Below are positions 47,522 to 58,101 of a stretch of 64,000 nucleotides of DNA, piece after piece. This DNA is from an uncultured virus (IMG/VR IMGVR_UViG_3300032116_000114) (lineage: Duplodnaviria > Heunggongvirae > Uroviricota > Caudoviricetes), in the IMG/VR virus record IMGVR_UViG_3300032116_000114, positions 1 through 64,000 of that record. One strand, written 5' to 3'. Within the stretch, counting starts at the first letter, position 1. The number at the start of each line of letters is the position of its first letter. Both the position numbers and the translations under genes were made by a program. The notes under the pieces are model-generated. The model was not told where the DNA came from. It was given only the letters and a program-made list of their open reading frames with translations, and did no database searches.

Positions 47522-48601
47522 ATGGCAAAAGCATTTGATATTTCTAAATTTAGAAAGTCAATAACTAAGAGTATCGATGGACTTAGTATTGGCTTTAACG
47601 ACCCAACTGATTGGGTTAGTACAAACAACTACGCATTAAACTATCTTATCAGCGGAGACTTTAATAGAGGTATTCCTCTGGGCAAGGTCACTGTATTTGC
47701 TGGTGAATCAGGTGCAGGTAAATCGTTTATCTGTTCAGGCAACCTAGTAAAGAACGCACAGCAAGCTGGTATCTATCCTATTTTGATTGATACTGAAAAC
47801 GCACTCGACGAAGCATGGCTACACGCACTTGGTGTAGATACAAGTCCAGAAAAGTTGTTGAAACTTAACATGGCCATGATTGACGACGTGGCAAAAACTA
47901 TTACAGAATTTATTGCAGAATACAAAACTATGGATGAGGCAGATCGTCCTAAGGTACTATTCATTATTGATTCGTTGGGTATGTTGTTAACGCCAACTGA
48001 CATTAATCAGTTCCAAGCAGGTGACTTGAAAGGTGACATGGGTCGTAAGCCTAAAGCATTAACAGCACTTGTTCGTAATTGTGTTAATATGTTTGGCGCT
48101 TATAATATTGGTATGGTATGTACCAATCACACATACGCTAGTCAGGATATGTTTGATCCCGATGACAAGATCAGTGGCGGACAAGGTTTCATCTACGCAA
48201 GTTCCATTGTGGTTGCTATGCGTAAATTAAAACTGAAACTTGATGCAGACGGCAACAAGACCACTACAGTACAAGGCATTCGTGCTGCCTGTAAGATCAT
48301 GAAGACTCGTTATGCAAAGCCGTTTGAAAGTGTACAGGTGGAGATTCCTTACGAAACAGGTATGAGTCCTTATAGTGGATTAGTCGATCTGTTTGAAGCT
48401 AAAGGTCTGCTTAAGAAAGAAGGAAACAGTCTTGTCTACACTACCAAGGACGGCGAAATCATCAAACAATTCCGCAAGGCATGGGAAAAGAATGAGAAAG
48501 ATGGATTGGATATTGCAATGGCAGACATTTCAAAACACGGTGAAATTTCCACTTCTGAGATAACTACTACAGTTGAATCAGACTTGGAGGTCAACGAATG
48601 A
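47522..48601 (+). CDS. uvsX: RecA-like recombinase UvsX
   Basis: GESGAGKS Walker A, IDTENA, IIDSLG, GDMGRKPK, NHTY, ISGGQG. Confidence 0.93.
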   Translation: MAKAFDISKFRKSITKSIDGLSIGFNDPTDWVSTNNYALNYLISGDFNRGIPLGKVTVFAGESGAGKSFICSGNLVKNAQQAGIYPILIDTENALDEAWLHALGVDTSPEKLLKLNMAMIDDVAKTITEFIAEYKTMDEADRPKVLFIIDSLGMLLTPTDINQFQAGDLKGDMGRKPKALTALVRNCVNMFGAYNIGMVCTNHTYASQDMFDPDDKISGGQGFIYASSIVVAMRKLKLKLDADGNKTTTVQGIRAACKIMKTRYAKPFESVQVEIPYETGMSPYSGLVDLFEAKGLLKKEGNSLVYTTKDGEIIKQFRKAWEKNEKDGLDIAMADISKHGEISTSEITTTVESDLEVNE

Positions 48602-48840
48602 AAGACGATTTAATTGCTGATATCTGGACATTGGTTATTGAACATATTCCAGAGAAACACAGAAAAGACTTAGCTGCCGACTTTGTTAATACACTATTGG
48701 ATTATGGTATCAAAGAATCTACTCTTGAAAGCCTTTTAGGAGTTGACCCATATTTAGATACTGCGATCGAGTACAGTATTGATGGTGAAGAAGTTGAAGA
48801 CGACGTGGAAGAAGATTACTACGACGAAGATGAGGAATAA
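48598..48840 (+). CDS. Small acidic hypothetical protein
   Basis: 80 aa, ATGA overlap with uvsX, strongly acidic tail. Confidence 0.7.
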   Translation: MKDDLIADIWTLVIEHIPEKHRKDLAADFVNTLLDYGIKESTLESLLGVDPYLDTAIEYSIDGEEVEDDVEEDYYDEDEE

Positions 48841-49296
48841 ATGAATTGGTATGATCGAGTCTCTAAGGATATTTCAAACATTCCTGATGCTGTGGCTTAT
48901 TATGAAGCTGAATTAATTCAAGCAAAACAAGATGTCCGCGTAGCGGGAAACATCGAGAAGGCCTCTGCGCAAATGCCCGGCATTGTAGAGAATCGATTTA
49001 ACCAACTTCAAGAAATTGAAGGTATTTTAGAATATCTTAATATTGAACTTCGTAGACTTCGTAGTCAACACTTCCGTAAATATCTTGAAAACTACCAACG
49101 TCAGTTAAGCTCTAGAGACTGTGAAAAGTTTGTAGAAGGCGAAGCTGACGTGGTAGACTTTGAAAAAATTATCAATGACTTTGCTCTTCTACGCAACAAG
49201 TGGTTAGGCATTATCAAAGCATTAGACATTAAACAATGGCAATTATCAAACATTGTTAAACTTAGAACAGCTGGATTAGAAGACGCATCTCTTTAA
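48841..49296 (+). CDS. uvsY: Recombination mediator UvsY-like
   Basis: Coiled-coil protein ending GIIKALDIKQWQLSNIVKLRTAG, located beside uvsX. Confidence 0.75.
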   Translation: MNWYDRVSKDISNIPDAVAYYEAELIQAKQDVRVAGNIEKASAQMPGIVENRFNQLQEIEGILEYLNIELRRLRSQHFRKYLENYQRQLSSRDCEKFVEGEADVVDFEKIINDFALLRNKWLGIIKALDIKQWQLSNIVKLRTAGLEDASL

Positions 49297-49299
49297 AAA

Positions 49300-49917
49300 T
49301 TATTTTTTTCTTTTAAAGTTGGTAGTAGATATATTATTATTATTCAATACTATTAAATCTCTATTATAATTTTGCCATGTTATAATTTTATTTCCTAATA
49401 ATGTATCTGCATGATATGCAAAATTTTCATCTATCCATGTTATTAGTTTAGCAGCTCCATTAGGAGTAATAATATATGCTTGAGCACCTACTTGCCATGT
49501 TCCGGTAAACATGTCGTCTTTGACACTTGAATATGATATACTAAACAATTTTAGAACATCAGTAGATACTTCTATTGGTTTCCAAAAATCAGTAATAATT
49601 GCATCGTGTTCTAAGACAATAATCGGTTCATTTATATCGATAGATGTTTTCCATAATAAGTAATGACTTAAAAAACATCCTTGAACTCCTTTTCTTTTTA
49701 AAAATTTTGATCTCTCGCCTTTGATGTTTTCTGGTAATCGTATATTATAGTAATCCCAATCGTTTATTGATAAATTATAGCCATTGATAGCATCAAATTT
49801 TTTAAGACTCCAACCAAATAATGTGCCCGATTCAATACATTGATCACTTAGATGTTGACTATGAGGATGATTGGGGATTGTTATAACAAACGCCTTTGGC
49901 TGAGCATTAATTATCAT
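49300..49917 (-). CDS. GT25 family glycosyltransferase
   Basis: FDAING, GCFLSHYLLW, VLEHDA, GAQAYIITPNGAAKL, HAD. Start revised to MIINAQP. Confidence 0.8.
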   Translation of the reverse strand: MIINAQPKAFVITIPNHPHSQHLSDQCIESGTLFGWSLKKFDAINGYNLSINDWDYYNIRLPENIKGERSKFLKRKGVQGCFLSHYLLWKTSIDINEPIIVLEHDAIITDFWKPIEVSTDVLKLFSISYSSVKDDMFTGTWQVGAQAYIITPNGAAKLITWIDENFAYHADTLLGNKIITWQNYNRDLIVLNNNNISTTNFKRKK

Positions 49918-50545
49918 AGTTTGCTTGCCCCCACCTCTCTTTACGTTTTCCAGCGTAGTGATCTGCGTAAAGACCAAAAGTGCGTTTTACTGGATTCCAT
50001 TCTCTAAAATCTAACGGAGTAAATTGAATGTTATTATCAAAAAACATTTTATTTAACAATCCTTGGCCGTGCAGTTCGTATTCTACCTCTAAATATTTAG
50101 ATATTTGGTTCCGTGTAGCATTTAATATATCTTTTGTCAAGTACATAAACCCTGCATTGAAATATCTCTCACGAGGCATAGACAGTGTTAATGCTAAATT
50201 TTCTACAGATTTTCCTTGATCAGGCACAGCATGAAATTTATTACCACAGAGGTCAAATAAATTTGGCGCATTATTTTTAATGATATAATCAGAATCAAAA
50301 TAAATTATAGAATCATAATTAACAAAATCAAACGCTTTTAATTTTTGATAATCTAAATGTCTATTTGTTGCCGGCGCATAATCAGACGGATTAGTTAACA
50401 AGTAGTAATCGGCGCCACATTTTTTAGCATATTCTCTTGCTTTTGTTTCACTAACATGATACATTTCCGAGTGAAACGTGTAGGTAGTAACAATGTCTGT
50501 TTTTATATAATTTGGAACATTAATTTGAAATATTAATTTTTTCAT
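49907..50545 (-). CDS. GT8-like glycosyltransferase
   Basis: KLKAF...YDSIIYFDSD (DxD), YFNAGFM, QGLLN, WN...HYAG. Confidence 0.7.
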   Translation of the reverse strand: MKKLIFQINVPNYIKTDIVTTYTFHSEMYHVSETKAREYAKKCGADYYLLTNPSDYAPATNRHLDYQKLKAFDFVNYDSIIYFDSDYIIKNNAPNLFDLCGNKFHAVPDQGKSVENLALTLSMPRERYFNAGFMYLTKDILNATRNQISKYLEVEYELHGQGLLNKMFFDNNIQFTPLDFREWNPVKRTFGLYADHYAGKRKERWGQANYDN

Positions 50546-50608
50546 AGAATTCTCATAACCTAGTACTTATCATCTAAATAAATACTTGTATAATTTAAAG
50601 GACGAATA

Positions 50609-51508
50609 ATGAAATCTTTAGTAACCGGTGGCGCAGGATTTATAGGATCACACATTGTAGATAAATTGATTACATTAGGGCACGAAGTTATTGTAATAGA
50701 TAACGAAAGTTCAGGAGTTCACGAACATTTCTATCATAATAGCAATGCGCTATATTACAAATATGATATTGCTGATTATGGATTAACTAAAGATTTATAT
50801 AGGAATGTTGACTACGTATTTCATTGTGCTGCTGAATCAAGGATACAACCTACAATTTTAAATCCTTTAGGAGCTGTTAGAACTAATGTAGTAGGAACAA
50901 CTACAGTATTACAGTGTTCGAGAGAAAATAATGTAAAAAAAGTAATGTATTCTTCAACCTCGTCGGCATACGGTTTAGCAAACAAGCCGCCATTAAACGA
51001 AACAATGCCAGATGATTGTTTAAATCCCTATTCTGTTTCTAAAGTATCAGGTGAAAAAATCTGTGCTATGTACACCAAATTATTTGGAGTTAAAACTGTA
51101 ACTTTTAGATATTTTAATGTTTACGGTCCTAGAGAGCCTATTAAAGGACCATATGCACCGGTAGTCGGATTATTTTTGCGACAATTTAGAGCTAGCGAAG
51201 TGTTAACTGTTGTTCCTGACGGAACACAACGTAGAGATTTTACTCATGTAGACGATGTAGTAAATGCAAACATTCTAGCAATGACTGTTGAACACAATCA
51301 TTACGGAGAGATATTTAATGTAGGAACTGGCACTAATCATTCTGTATTAGAACTTGCGGCAATGATTTCTGACCAAACAACCATGATCGAGCCTAGACTA
51401 GGTGAGGCATATATTACTCTAGCCGACAATACTAAAATTAAAAAAGTGCTAGGATGGGCGCCAACTAAAAATATTGAAGAATATGTTAAAAGAGAACTGT
51501 TAAAGTGA
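50609..51508 (+). CDS. NAD-dependent nucleotide-sugar epimerase/dehydratase (SDR)
   Basis: VTGGAGFIGSH, YSSTSSAYG, PYSVSK (YxxxK), RYFNVYGP, RDFTHV. Confidence 0.92.
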   Translation: MKSLVTGGAGFIGSHIVDKLITLGHEVIVIDNESSGVHEHFYHNSNALYYKYDIADYGLTKDLYRNVDYVFHCAAESRIQPTILNPLGAVRTNVVGTTTVLQCSRENNVKKVMYSSTSSAYGLANKPPLNETMPDDCLNPYSVSKVSGEKICAMYTKLFGVKTVTFRYFNVYGPREPIKGPYAPVVGLFLRQFRASEVLTVVPDGTQRRDFTHVDDVVNANILAMTVEHNHYGEIFNVGTGTNHSVLELAAMISDQTTMIEPRLGEAYITLADNTKIKKVLGWAPTKNIEEYVKRELLK

Positions 51509-52273
51509 CCTATGTCGTTTGTTAATAGTTTCAACACGCTCTAACAATTCCAAACTCATGCCAGCGTCAATGGCTTGTTCGCAAATGGCTGCAACATCTT
51601 TTGGAAAACATGCGCCACCGAATCCAAACTTGCCGTCGGGCCCTGGAACATCCCAATGCGTGTGTCCTAGTCTAGTGTCATTTTTAGCTATTTCTTTAAT
51701 GTCTTCCCAATTAACATTAAAGTGTTTCGCTAACTGATAGAACTCGTTCATAAATGTTACTTTTGTAGCCATAAAAGAATTGGCCAAATATTTGAACATC
51801 GATGCTGTTGTAATATTAGTTCTATGATAATGTGTTGCAGCAACAGTACTAGTAGAAATTATTTTTATTGCTTGTTCTACATTTTTGTCTTTACCACCTA
51901 CTAACACCCACGTTGCTGATTCGTAATCGGCCGTAGCATTTGCCGCTGTTAAAAATTCAGGAGCATGAACAATGTTAGGATATTTACTTTCAAGATACGC
52001 ATAAACGCCCGGCGGTACTGTACTTTTACAAATAATAATATTATTGTAATCTATTAATTCTGCTAGTACAGATTTTACAAAACTGTCATCACAATGGCCG
52101 TCTTCTAACATAGGAGTAGGAACACAGATATAAACTGCATCGCAAGTTTTAATTTCTTCTAAAGAAGCAGAGTTGTCTCCTAATTTTGGATCACGAGCAA
52201 CAACTTTGTGGTGTCTGTGTGTCCATGCAACTGCTGATCCTACATATCCTAATCCAAAAATACCAATTTTCAT
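51500..52273 (-). CDS. UDP-glucose/GDP-mannose dehydrogenase family protein, short form
   Basis: GLGYVG, CVPTP, KSTVPPG, PEFL, KYLANSF, GFGGACFPKD. Confidence 0.88.
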   Translation of the reverse strand: MKIGIFGLGYVGSAVAWTHRHHKVVARDPKLGDNSASLEEIKTCDAVYICVPTPMLEDGHCDDSFVKSVLAELIDYNNIIICKSTVPPGVYAYLESKYPNIVHAPEFLTAANATADYESATWVLVGGKDKNVEQAIKIISTSTVAATHYHRTNITTASMFKYLANSFMATKVTFMNEFYQLAKHFNVNWEDIKEIAKNDTRLGHTHWDVPGPDGKFGFGGACFPKDVAAICEQAIDAGMSLELLERVETINKRHRSL

Positions 52274-52347
52274 AACTGTCCTTATTTAATTTATATTTAG
52301 TGGGCATATTATCTAAATAAATAAAAAAAGAAATATATGAGGACCAA

Positions 52348-52941
52348 ATGTTAAAAATACCATTTACTAAAGAATCGAGAATTGATCTGATTGACCTAGC
52401 AATTAAAAAAACTAAATCTAAAAAATATTTAGAAATAGGTTGCGATAAAAATAAAGTTTTTAATAATGTTGCATGTGAACATAAAGTGGGTGTAGATCCT
52501 GTAAGAGGTGGCACACATCGAATGTACAGCGATGAGTTTTTTAAACAAAACACAGAAACATTCGATGTTGTGTTTATTGACGGATTACATTATTATGAAC
52601 AAGTTAGTAACGATCTAAATAATGCGCTAGAATGTTTAAATCCGGGTGGAATTATTATTTTACATGATATGCTGCCAATAAGCGAAGAAGAAGCAGTTAT
52701 TCCAATTCCTTTAAAAAAACAAATATGGTTGGGTGATGTTTGGCGACTAGCGTTTGACCTTGCTAATAGAGAAGATATTGAATTTAAATTAGTATTGATC
52801 GACAACGGTTGCGGTATAGTGTTTAAAACTCCTACAACAAAAAATAAAATAGAAGTTGGAAGTACTTGGGAATTTTATTTTAATAATTGGAATAAATTGC
52901 CATTAGTTTCATTTGAACAAATAAAAAAAGAGTTGGTATAA
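52348..52941 (+). CDS. Class I SAM-dependent methyltransferase
   Basis: YLEIG, FDVVFIDGLH, LNPGGIIILHD. Confidence 0.82.
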   Translation: MLKIPFTKESRIDLIDLAIKKTKSKKYLEIGCDKNKVFNNVACEHKVGVDPVRGGTHRMYSDEFFKQNTETFDVVFIDGLHYYEQVSNDLNNALECLNPGGIIILHDMLPISEEEAVIPIPLKKQIWLGDVWRLAFDLANREDIEFKLVLIDNGCGIVFKTPTTKNKIEVGSTWEFYFNNWNKLPLVSFEQIKKELV

Positions 52942-52942
52942 T

Positions 52943-53455
52943 ATGCATCCTTCGTCAATTGATAATATGAAAAAGGCAGTAGCACTTTTAAATTTAAATA
53001 ATAATTTAACTGTGTTAGATGTTGGCGGCCGTGGGTTAGGAGGGGATCGATCATATTATCATATTTTTAAAGATATTTCTACAACCTATCATATTGCTGA
53101 TATAGTAGCTGGCGAAAACGTTACTCACGTTATGCCTGAACCGTATTCTATACCAGCTGATGATAATTTTTATGACATAGTTGTTAGCGGTCAAACATTA
53201 GAACATGTAAAAAATCCATTTAGATTAATGCACGAGATGAAACGAGTTGTAAAATCATCTGGATTTATAATTTGTATAGCCCCTAGTACAGGACCAAGAC
53301 ATGATGTTATTGATTGTTGGAGATTCATGGACGACGGATTTAAAGCAATTGCTGAAGAAACAAACTTAAAAATAGTTGCAGACTGGATTGACATTGCGTA
53401 CGATAAGGCTTCTAGAAAATGGAATGATCATGTATTTGTTGGACAAAAAATATGA
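52943..53455 (+). CDS. Class I SAM-dependent methyltransferase (type 11-like)
   Basis: VLDVGG, YDIVVSGQTLEHV, RVVKSSG, DCWRF. Confidence 0.82.
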   Translation: MHPSSIDNMKKAVALLNLNNNLTVLDVGGRGLGGDRSYYHIFKDISTTYHIADIVAGENVTHVMPEPYSIPADDNFYDIVVSGQTLEHVKNPFRLMHEMKRVVKSSGFIICIAPSTGPRHDVIDCWRFMDDGFKAIAEETNLKIVADWIDIAYDKASRKWNDHVFVGQKI

Positions 53456-54219
53456 AAACAATTGTAATTGCAACAGGTGGATTTGATCCAATTCACTCCG
53501 GACATATCAACTATATTAAAGAGGCCAAAAAGCTAGGTGATGTATTAATCGTGGGTGCAAACTCCGACGCCTGGCTACGCCGTAAGAAAGGGCAAGAGTT
53601 TATGCCTTGGGAAGAACGTGCCAACATACTAAATGCTATTAAAGACGTAGATCGAGTTATCAATTTTGACGATGCAGACGGAAGTGCCAAAGATGCTATT
53701 AGAAAAGTTAGAGCAATAGACCCAAGTGCTCGAATAATCTTTGCCAACGGCGGCGATAGAACAAAAGAAAATATCCCAGAAATGGATCTACTTGAGGAAA
53801 TGCTTCATTTAGAATTTGTATTTGGCGTAGGCGGCGAACATAAAATGAATTCTAGTTCGTGGATTCTACAAGAATGGAAAGCTCCTAAGACTGAACGCCC
53901 GTGGGGTTATTATCGTGTACTGCATGAAGTAGATGGAATGAAAGTTAAAGAGCTAACTGTTGATCCAGGTAAAAGTCTTAGTATGCAACGACATCAATTA
54001 CGTGCAGAATACTGGATAGTTAGTGAAGGTCAATGTGTAGTTAATAGCATGATGCCTAATGGATATAAACTACCTTCAAAAGAATTAGAACGACATCAAG
54101 AGTTTAAAATTCCATTAACCGACTGGCATCAATTAACTAATCCGTTTGATGTTCCCTGTAAGATCGTAGAAATACAGTACGGACAATTATGTATCGAAGA
54201 GGACATAGAACGTTTATGA
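53452..54219 (+). CDS. Fusion of a cytidylyl/adenylyltransferase (TagD/RfaE-like) and a mannose-6-phosphate-isomerase-type cupin
   Basis: TGGFDPIHSGH, NSDAWLRRKKG, FANGGDR in the first half; RPWGYY, LSMQRH..RAEYW, WHQL, VEIQYG...EEDIER in the second. Confidence 0.88.
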   Translation: MKTIVIATGGFDPIHSGHINYIKEAKKLGDVLIVGANSDAWLRRKKGQEFMPWEERANILNAIKDVDRVINFDDADGSAKDAIRKVRAIDPSARIIFANGGDRTKENIPEMDLLEEMLHLEFVFGVGGEHKMNSSSWILQEWKAPKTERPWGYYRVLHEVDGMKVKELTVDPGKSLSMQRHQLRAEYWIVSEGQCVVNSMMPNGYKLPSKELERHQEFKIPLTDWHQLTNPFDVPCKIVEIQYGQLCIEEDIERL

Positions 54220-55019
54220 ACAACTGGATATTTTTAAGCAAAGAAGGCAAAGACGAATATATTAACATGTTTGCTATAGGCTCAGGTGGCCGAGTAGTTA
54301 ACACTGACGATTTTAAATATTCAGAAACAGATGATCCTATTGTGTTGAGAGGTATTCTTAAAAAGAAAATAATACAAAAATGCTGGTTAGGCGGCAGAGA
54401 TTTTTATTTCATGGACACTGGTTATTTAGGAAATCAGCAAGGTCCACTAAATCCCATGGGATGGAAATATTATCACAGAATTGTTAAAAATGATTTACAA
54501 CACGATAAAATTATCCCTAGATCGTCGGATAGATTTGATAAGTTGCGTATTCCTATTCATAAATGGAAAAAAGGTGGCCGTAAAATTTTAATTGCTAAAC
54601 CTGATGAAAAACCAATGAAATTTTACGATCTAGATCTAGATCAGTGGGTTGAAGAAACAGTAAACACCATTAAAAAATATACAGATAGACCAATTGAAAT
54701 TCGAGATAGAGTCAAGAGTCGACAGGATAGAGTAATAACTAACACACTAAAAGAAGCTCTAGACGATGATGTACATGCACTAGTAACATTTAATAGTAAT
54801 GCTGCTACTGAAGCAATATTGTATGGGTATCCTGCATTTACGCTATCGCCAACACATGCTGCCAAGCCAGTATCACTACAAGATTTAAGTATGATAGAAA
54901 CTCCGGCATATCCCGACGAAGGGTTAGTACGAGCCTGGGCTTCACACCTAGCATATGGACAATTTCATATATCAGAGTTAAAAGACGGAACAGCATGGAG
55001 AAGTTTAAATGGAAAGTAA
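54216..55019 (+). CDS. KpsS/KpsC-like (capsule biosynthesis) GT-B protein, paralog 1
   Basis: FMDTGY, IKKYTDRPIEIR, LVTFNSNAATEAILYGYP. Start revised to MNNWIF. Confidence 0.55.
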   Translation: MNNWIFLSKEGKDEYINMFAIGSGGRVVNTDDFKYSETDDPIVLRGILKKKIIQKCWLGGRDFYFMDTGYLGNQQGPLNPMGWKYYHRIVKNDLQHDKIIPRSSDRFDKLRIPIHKWKKGGRKILIAKPDEKPMKFYDLDLDQWVEETVNTIKKYTDRPIEIRDRVKSRQDRVITNTLKEALDDDVHALVTFNSNAATEAILYGYPAFTLSPTHAAKPVSLQDLSMIETPAYPDEGLVRAWASHLAYGQFHISELKDGTAWRSLNGK

Positions 55020-56442
55020 TATTTTACCGGTATACATAGGCTATGATGCTAGAGAAGATATTGCCTATAGAGTTTGTGAATATTCTATATACAAACATTC
55101 ACCAGAAGCTGAAGTTAAACCTTTACGGCAAGATATGTTACGCTCACAGGGATATTATACAAGAGATGCAGATCCATTAAGTTCTACTGATTTTACATTT
55201 ACTAGATTTTTAGTTCCTGTATTACAAAATTATAATGGTTGGGCATTATTTTGTGATTGCGATTTTGTATGGGATGGGGATATTCAAGAAATTTTTAAAC
55301 AAGCAGATCCTACAAAAGCAGTTATGGTAGTTAAACATGATCACACTCCGTCAACACATACAAAAATGGACGGACAGAAACAATCTCAATATCCTAGAAA
55401 AAATTGGAGTTCAATGATATTATGGAACTGTGGCCATGCGTCAAATTTAAATCTTACCGCAGACATTGTTAATCGTGAATCTGGTGCATACCTTCATAGA
55501 TTCCAATGGCTTAGGGATGATGAAATTGGATCATTGGATGTACGATACAATTTCTTAGTTGGTTGGAATAAAGAATCTAAAGACGGAAAGCCTTTTGCAT
55601 ATCATTGGACTGAAGGCGGTCCGTGGTTTGAAAATTATAAGAATTGTGAATACAGAGATGTTTGGTATGATTATCTCATAGAGTATGCAAAAGAAATTAG
55701 TGTAAATCAAGACCTTAAATCTAGATCTGCTATTACTTTTGTAACCTCTTTGTCTAGAGATTACTTTAACTATATAGGAAACATTACACTACCTTCTTGG
55801 AAAAATTTACCAGGCGATGTTGTATTTGTTTGGGATGATAAACCAATTGACTTAGGGTTTGGCACTGTTTACAATTTTTGGAAAGATGTTGCCCCATCCA
55901 ACGATCCTTGGTTAACTGAAGGATTAGGCGGGACTAAGGCTGATAGATTTTGGAAAAAGAGTCGTACACAAGTATGGGCGGCACGTAGGTTTAAAGGGCT
56001 AGTTGTATGGTTAGACACTGACATTTCTATCAATTGTCATCTTTCTAAATCTAAAGCCCTTGAGCTATTACATCCTCGAGATAAAATTTGGGCAACACTG
56101 GTTCCCGGAAACCCACTAGATTTAGAAACTGGCATAGTTGCATTTAATACCAAACATGAACTTTGTCAAACATTTATAAGTGAATATTCTAAAGGTTGGT
56201 ATAACGGAGAAATACACAAATTACGTCAACCATATGACAATCACATGCTTGAATCATTAATGGAAAAATATCCAGGAAGATCCTATTGCAAGGCCCACGT
56301 ACAATGGCCGCTCGCTGAAGAATCTCATCGTGCAAACGAATTTAGTATTCAATATAGTCCGCTAGGAGAATTTTTTACACATCATATTGGCATTATTAAT
56401 AAAAATTTAACTAATGCTAAAATTAAGAAGAGTAAAAAATGA
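55009..56442 (+). CDS. Two-domain glycosyltransferase (GT8/CDI-like plus a second GT-A-like domain)
   Basis: VYIGYDARE, STDFTFTRF, ALFCDCD, YPRKNWSS, HWTEGGPW; second domain has RFWKK, WLDTD, ETG. Confidence 0.75.
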   Translation: MESNILPVYIGYDAREDIAYRVCEYSIYKHSPEAEVKPLRQDMLRSQGYYTRDADPLSSTDFTFTRFLVPVLQNYNGWALFCDCDFVWDGDIQEIFKQADPTKAVMVVKHDHTPSTHTKMDGQKQSQYPRKNWSSMILWNCGHASNLNLTADIVNRESGAYLHRFQWLRDDEIGSLDVRYNFLVGWNKESKDGKPFAYHWTEGGPWFENYKNCEYRDVWYDYLIEYAKEISVNQDLKSRSAITFVTSLSRDYFNYIGNITLPSWKNLPGDVVFVWDDKPIDLGFGTVYNFWKDVAPSNDPWLTEGLGGTKADRFWKKSRTQVWAARRFKGLVVWLDTDISINCHLSKSKALELLHPRDKIWATLVPGNPLDLETGIVAFNTKHELCQTFISEYSKGWYNGEIHKLRQPYDNHMLESLMEKYPGRSYCKAHVQWPLAEESHRANEFSIQYSPLGEFFTHHIGIINKNLTNAKIKKSKK

Positions 56443-57374
56443 AATTTGTTTCTTATCTAGATTGCCTACCACCTAATAACAAAAATGTTGAGAAAGGAGA
56501 AATCTTAACTAGATTTAGTAAAGGAGTGACAGCGTCAGGGGATATTGCTATTAATCACAATGGTCGTAACTTAATTGATGCCGACGTTGCCATGAGTATA
56601 GGATGGGTGCATGAAGGATCGAAACAAAGCCCTCATCTTCTATTTAGAAAACAAATAATAGACACTCAACTAAAACTTAAAAAGAGAGTATTGTTAGCAG
56701 ACAGTAATTTGTTTTTATATAATAATTCAGCCAATCCTGGACACTATCTACGTTATAGTTTTGATGGAATTTTTCCTAACACTGGAACATATTGCGATAC
56801 TGATATAGATCCTAACCGTTGGATTAAATTGTCTAAAAATTTAAATTTAACTTTAAAAGATTATAGAAAAAACGGAAATCATATACTGCTATGTTTGCAA
56901 AGAAATGGCGGTTGGAGTATGGGCGGATATGATGTTGTAGAATGGACTGCTTCAACTATAAAAGAAATAAAAAAATATACGGATAGAGATATTGTTATTC
57001 GAGCACATCCCGGAGACAAAGGGTCTTCCGATTATCTTAGTCCTAAAAATTTAATGAAAAAGTTAGGTATTCTTAAGGGCATTAGATTATCTAAACCCGG
57101 AACAACATTAGTTGACGATCTAAGAAATTGTTGGGCAGTAGTTAATTATAATTCAAGTCCAACTGTTGGTGCAGCAATTGAGGGATATCCTATTTTTGTA
57201 ACAGATCCAATAAGGAGTCAATGTTCAGAGATAGCTAACAAATCTCTAGCAGAAATAGAAAAGCCTGCGCTATTTGAAAGACAACAGTGGATTAATCGAT
57301 TGGCAATGTTTCATTGGAATTTTAACGAAATAGAAAACGGCGAGTGCTGGGCACACATGCGCCGGTTTGTTTAA
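56439..57374 (+). CDS. KpsS/KpsC-like GT-B protein, paralog 2
   Basis: ILLCLQ, IKKYTDRDIVIRAHP, VVNYNSSPTVGAAIEGYP, RQQW. Confidence 0.55.
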   Translation: MKFVSYLDCLPPNNKNVEKGEILTRFSKGVTASGDIAINHNGRNLIDADVAMSIGWVHEGSKQSPHLLFRKQIIDTQLKLKKRVLLADSNLFLYNNSANPGHYLRYSFDGIFPNTGTYCDTDIDPNRWIKLSKNLNLTLKDYRKNGNHILLCLQRNGGWSMGGYDVVEWTASTIKEIKKYTDRDIVIRAHPGDKGSSDYLSPKNLMKKLGILKGIRLSKPGTTLVDDLRNCWAVVNYNSSPTVGAAIEGYPIFVTDPIRSQCSEIANKSLAEIEKPALFERQQWINRLAMFHWNFNEIENGECWAHMRRFV

Positions 57375-58099
57375 TCGTCAACTGAAAATTTACTTTTACC
57401 TTTGTAGTGAGAAAAGTATTCGTGCAAAATAGTTTTCTTTAAAGGTGTTCGTCTGTCTTTAGCTGGATGTAAATTGAGTATTCCTACATTATTTTTTTCA
57501 GCACGTCTTACACACTCGGCAATGACCCATGTATCGTGCGGTTTTATATAAATTTTGTTGTTGTCAATTTCTCTAGATTCATATATGTGTTCGTAATCAT
57601 CCATAAATTGTTTAGCAAACGGATGTTTTTTATTAAACCAATATATACAAGTTTCAGCATTATCAACTTCAACAAGTTTACCCTCGTCAGTGATTTCTGC
57701 AATGGCATGCATGTAGGCCAGTAATTGATCTTTTGGTAAAACTGAAAGCAACCATTTAAGTGAGACTTCTTTTTTAGTTTCTGTATCAGCGTCTAGGTAC
57801 ATCAATACATCTTCTTGAAGAATTTTACAAGCATTTATCCAGCAGTATGCTTTATAGGCAAACTTTCTAGTAAAATGTTTTCCTCGCCAAGTTAAAAAAT
57901 TTTCTAATCCGGGATTACATTCTGCGAATAAATCTTTAACAATTATATTAGGTGCTGAAACTGGCAATGTAAAGTTTTCTGTAAACACATATAGATTAAC
58001 ATCTTTTGGCCAATACTTTATAAATGTATCAATTAATCGATGACCTATAGTGTCATAATATGCTTGATTCATGGTTGTCACTGCTGCTATTGTTCGCAT
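57371..58099 (-). CDS. GT-A-like glycosyltransferase
   Basis: FIKYWP, KFAYKAY, YLDAD, ET, HDTW, HYKGK; paralog of 58102..58911. Start revised to MRTIAA. Confidence 0.6.
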   Translation of the reverse strand: MRTIAAVTTMNQAYYDTIGHRLIDTFIKYWPKDVNLYVFTENFTLPVSAPNIIVKDLFAECNPGLENFLTWRGKHFTRKFAYKAYCWINACKILQEDVLMYLDADTETKKEVSLKWLLSVLPKDQLLAYMHAIAEITDEGKLVEVDNAETCIYWFNKKHPFAKQFMDDYEHIYESREIDNNKIYIKPHDTWVIAECVRRAEKNNVGILNLHPAKDRRTPLKKTILHEYFSHYKGKSKFSVDD

Positions 58100-58101
58100 T
58101 A

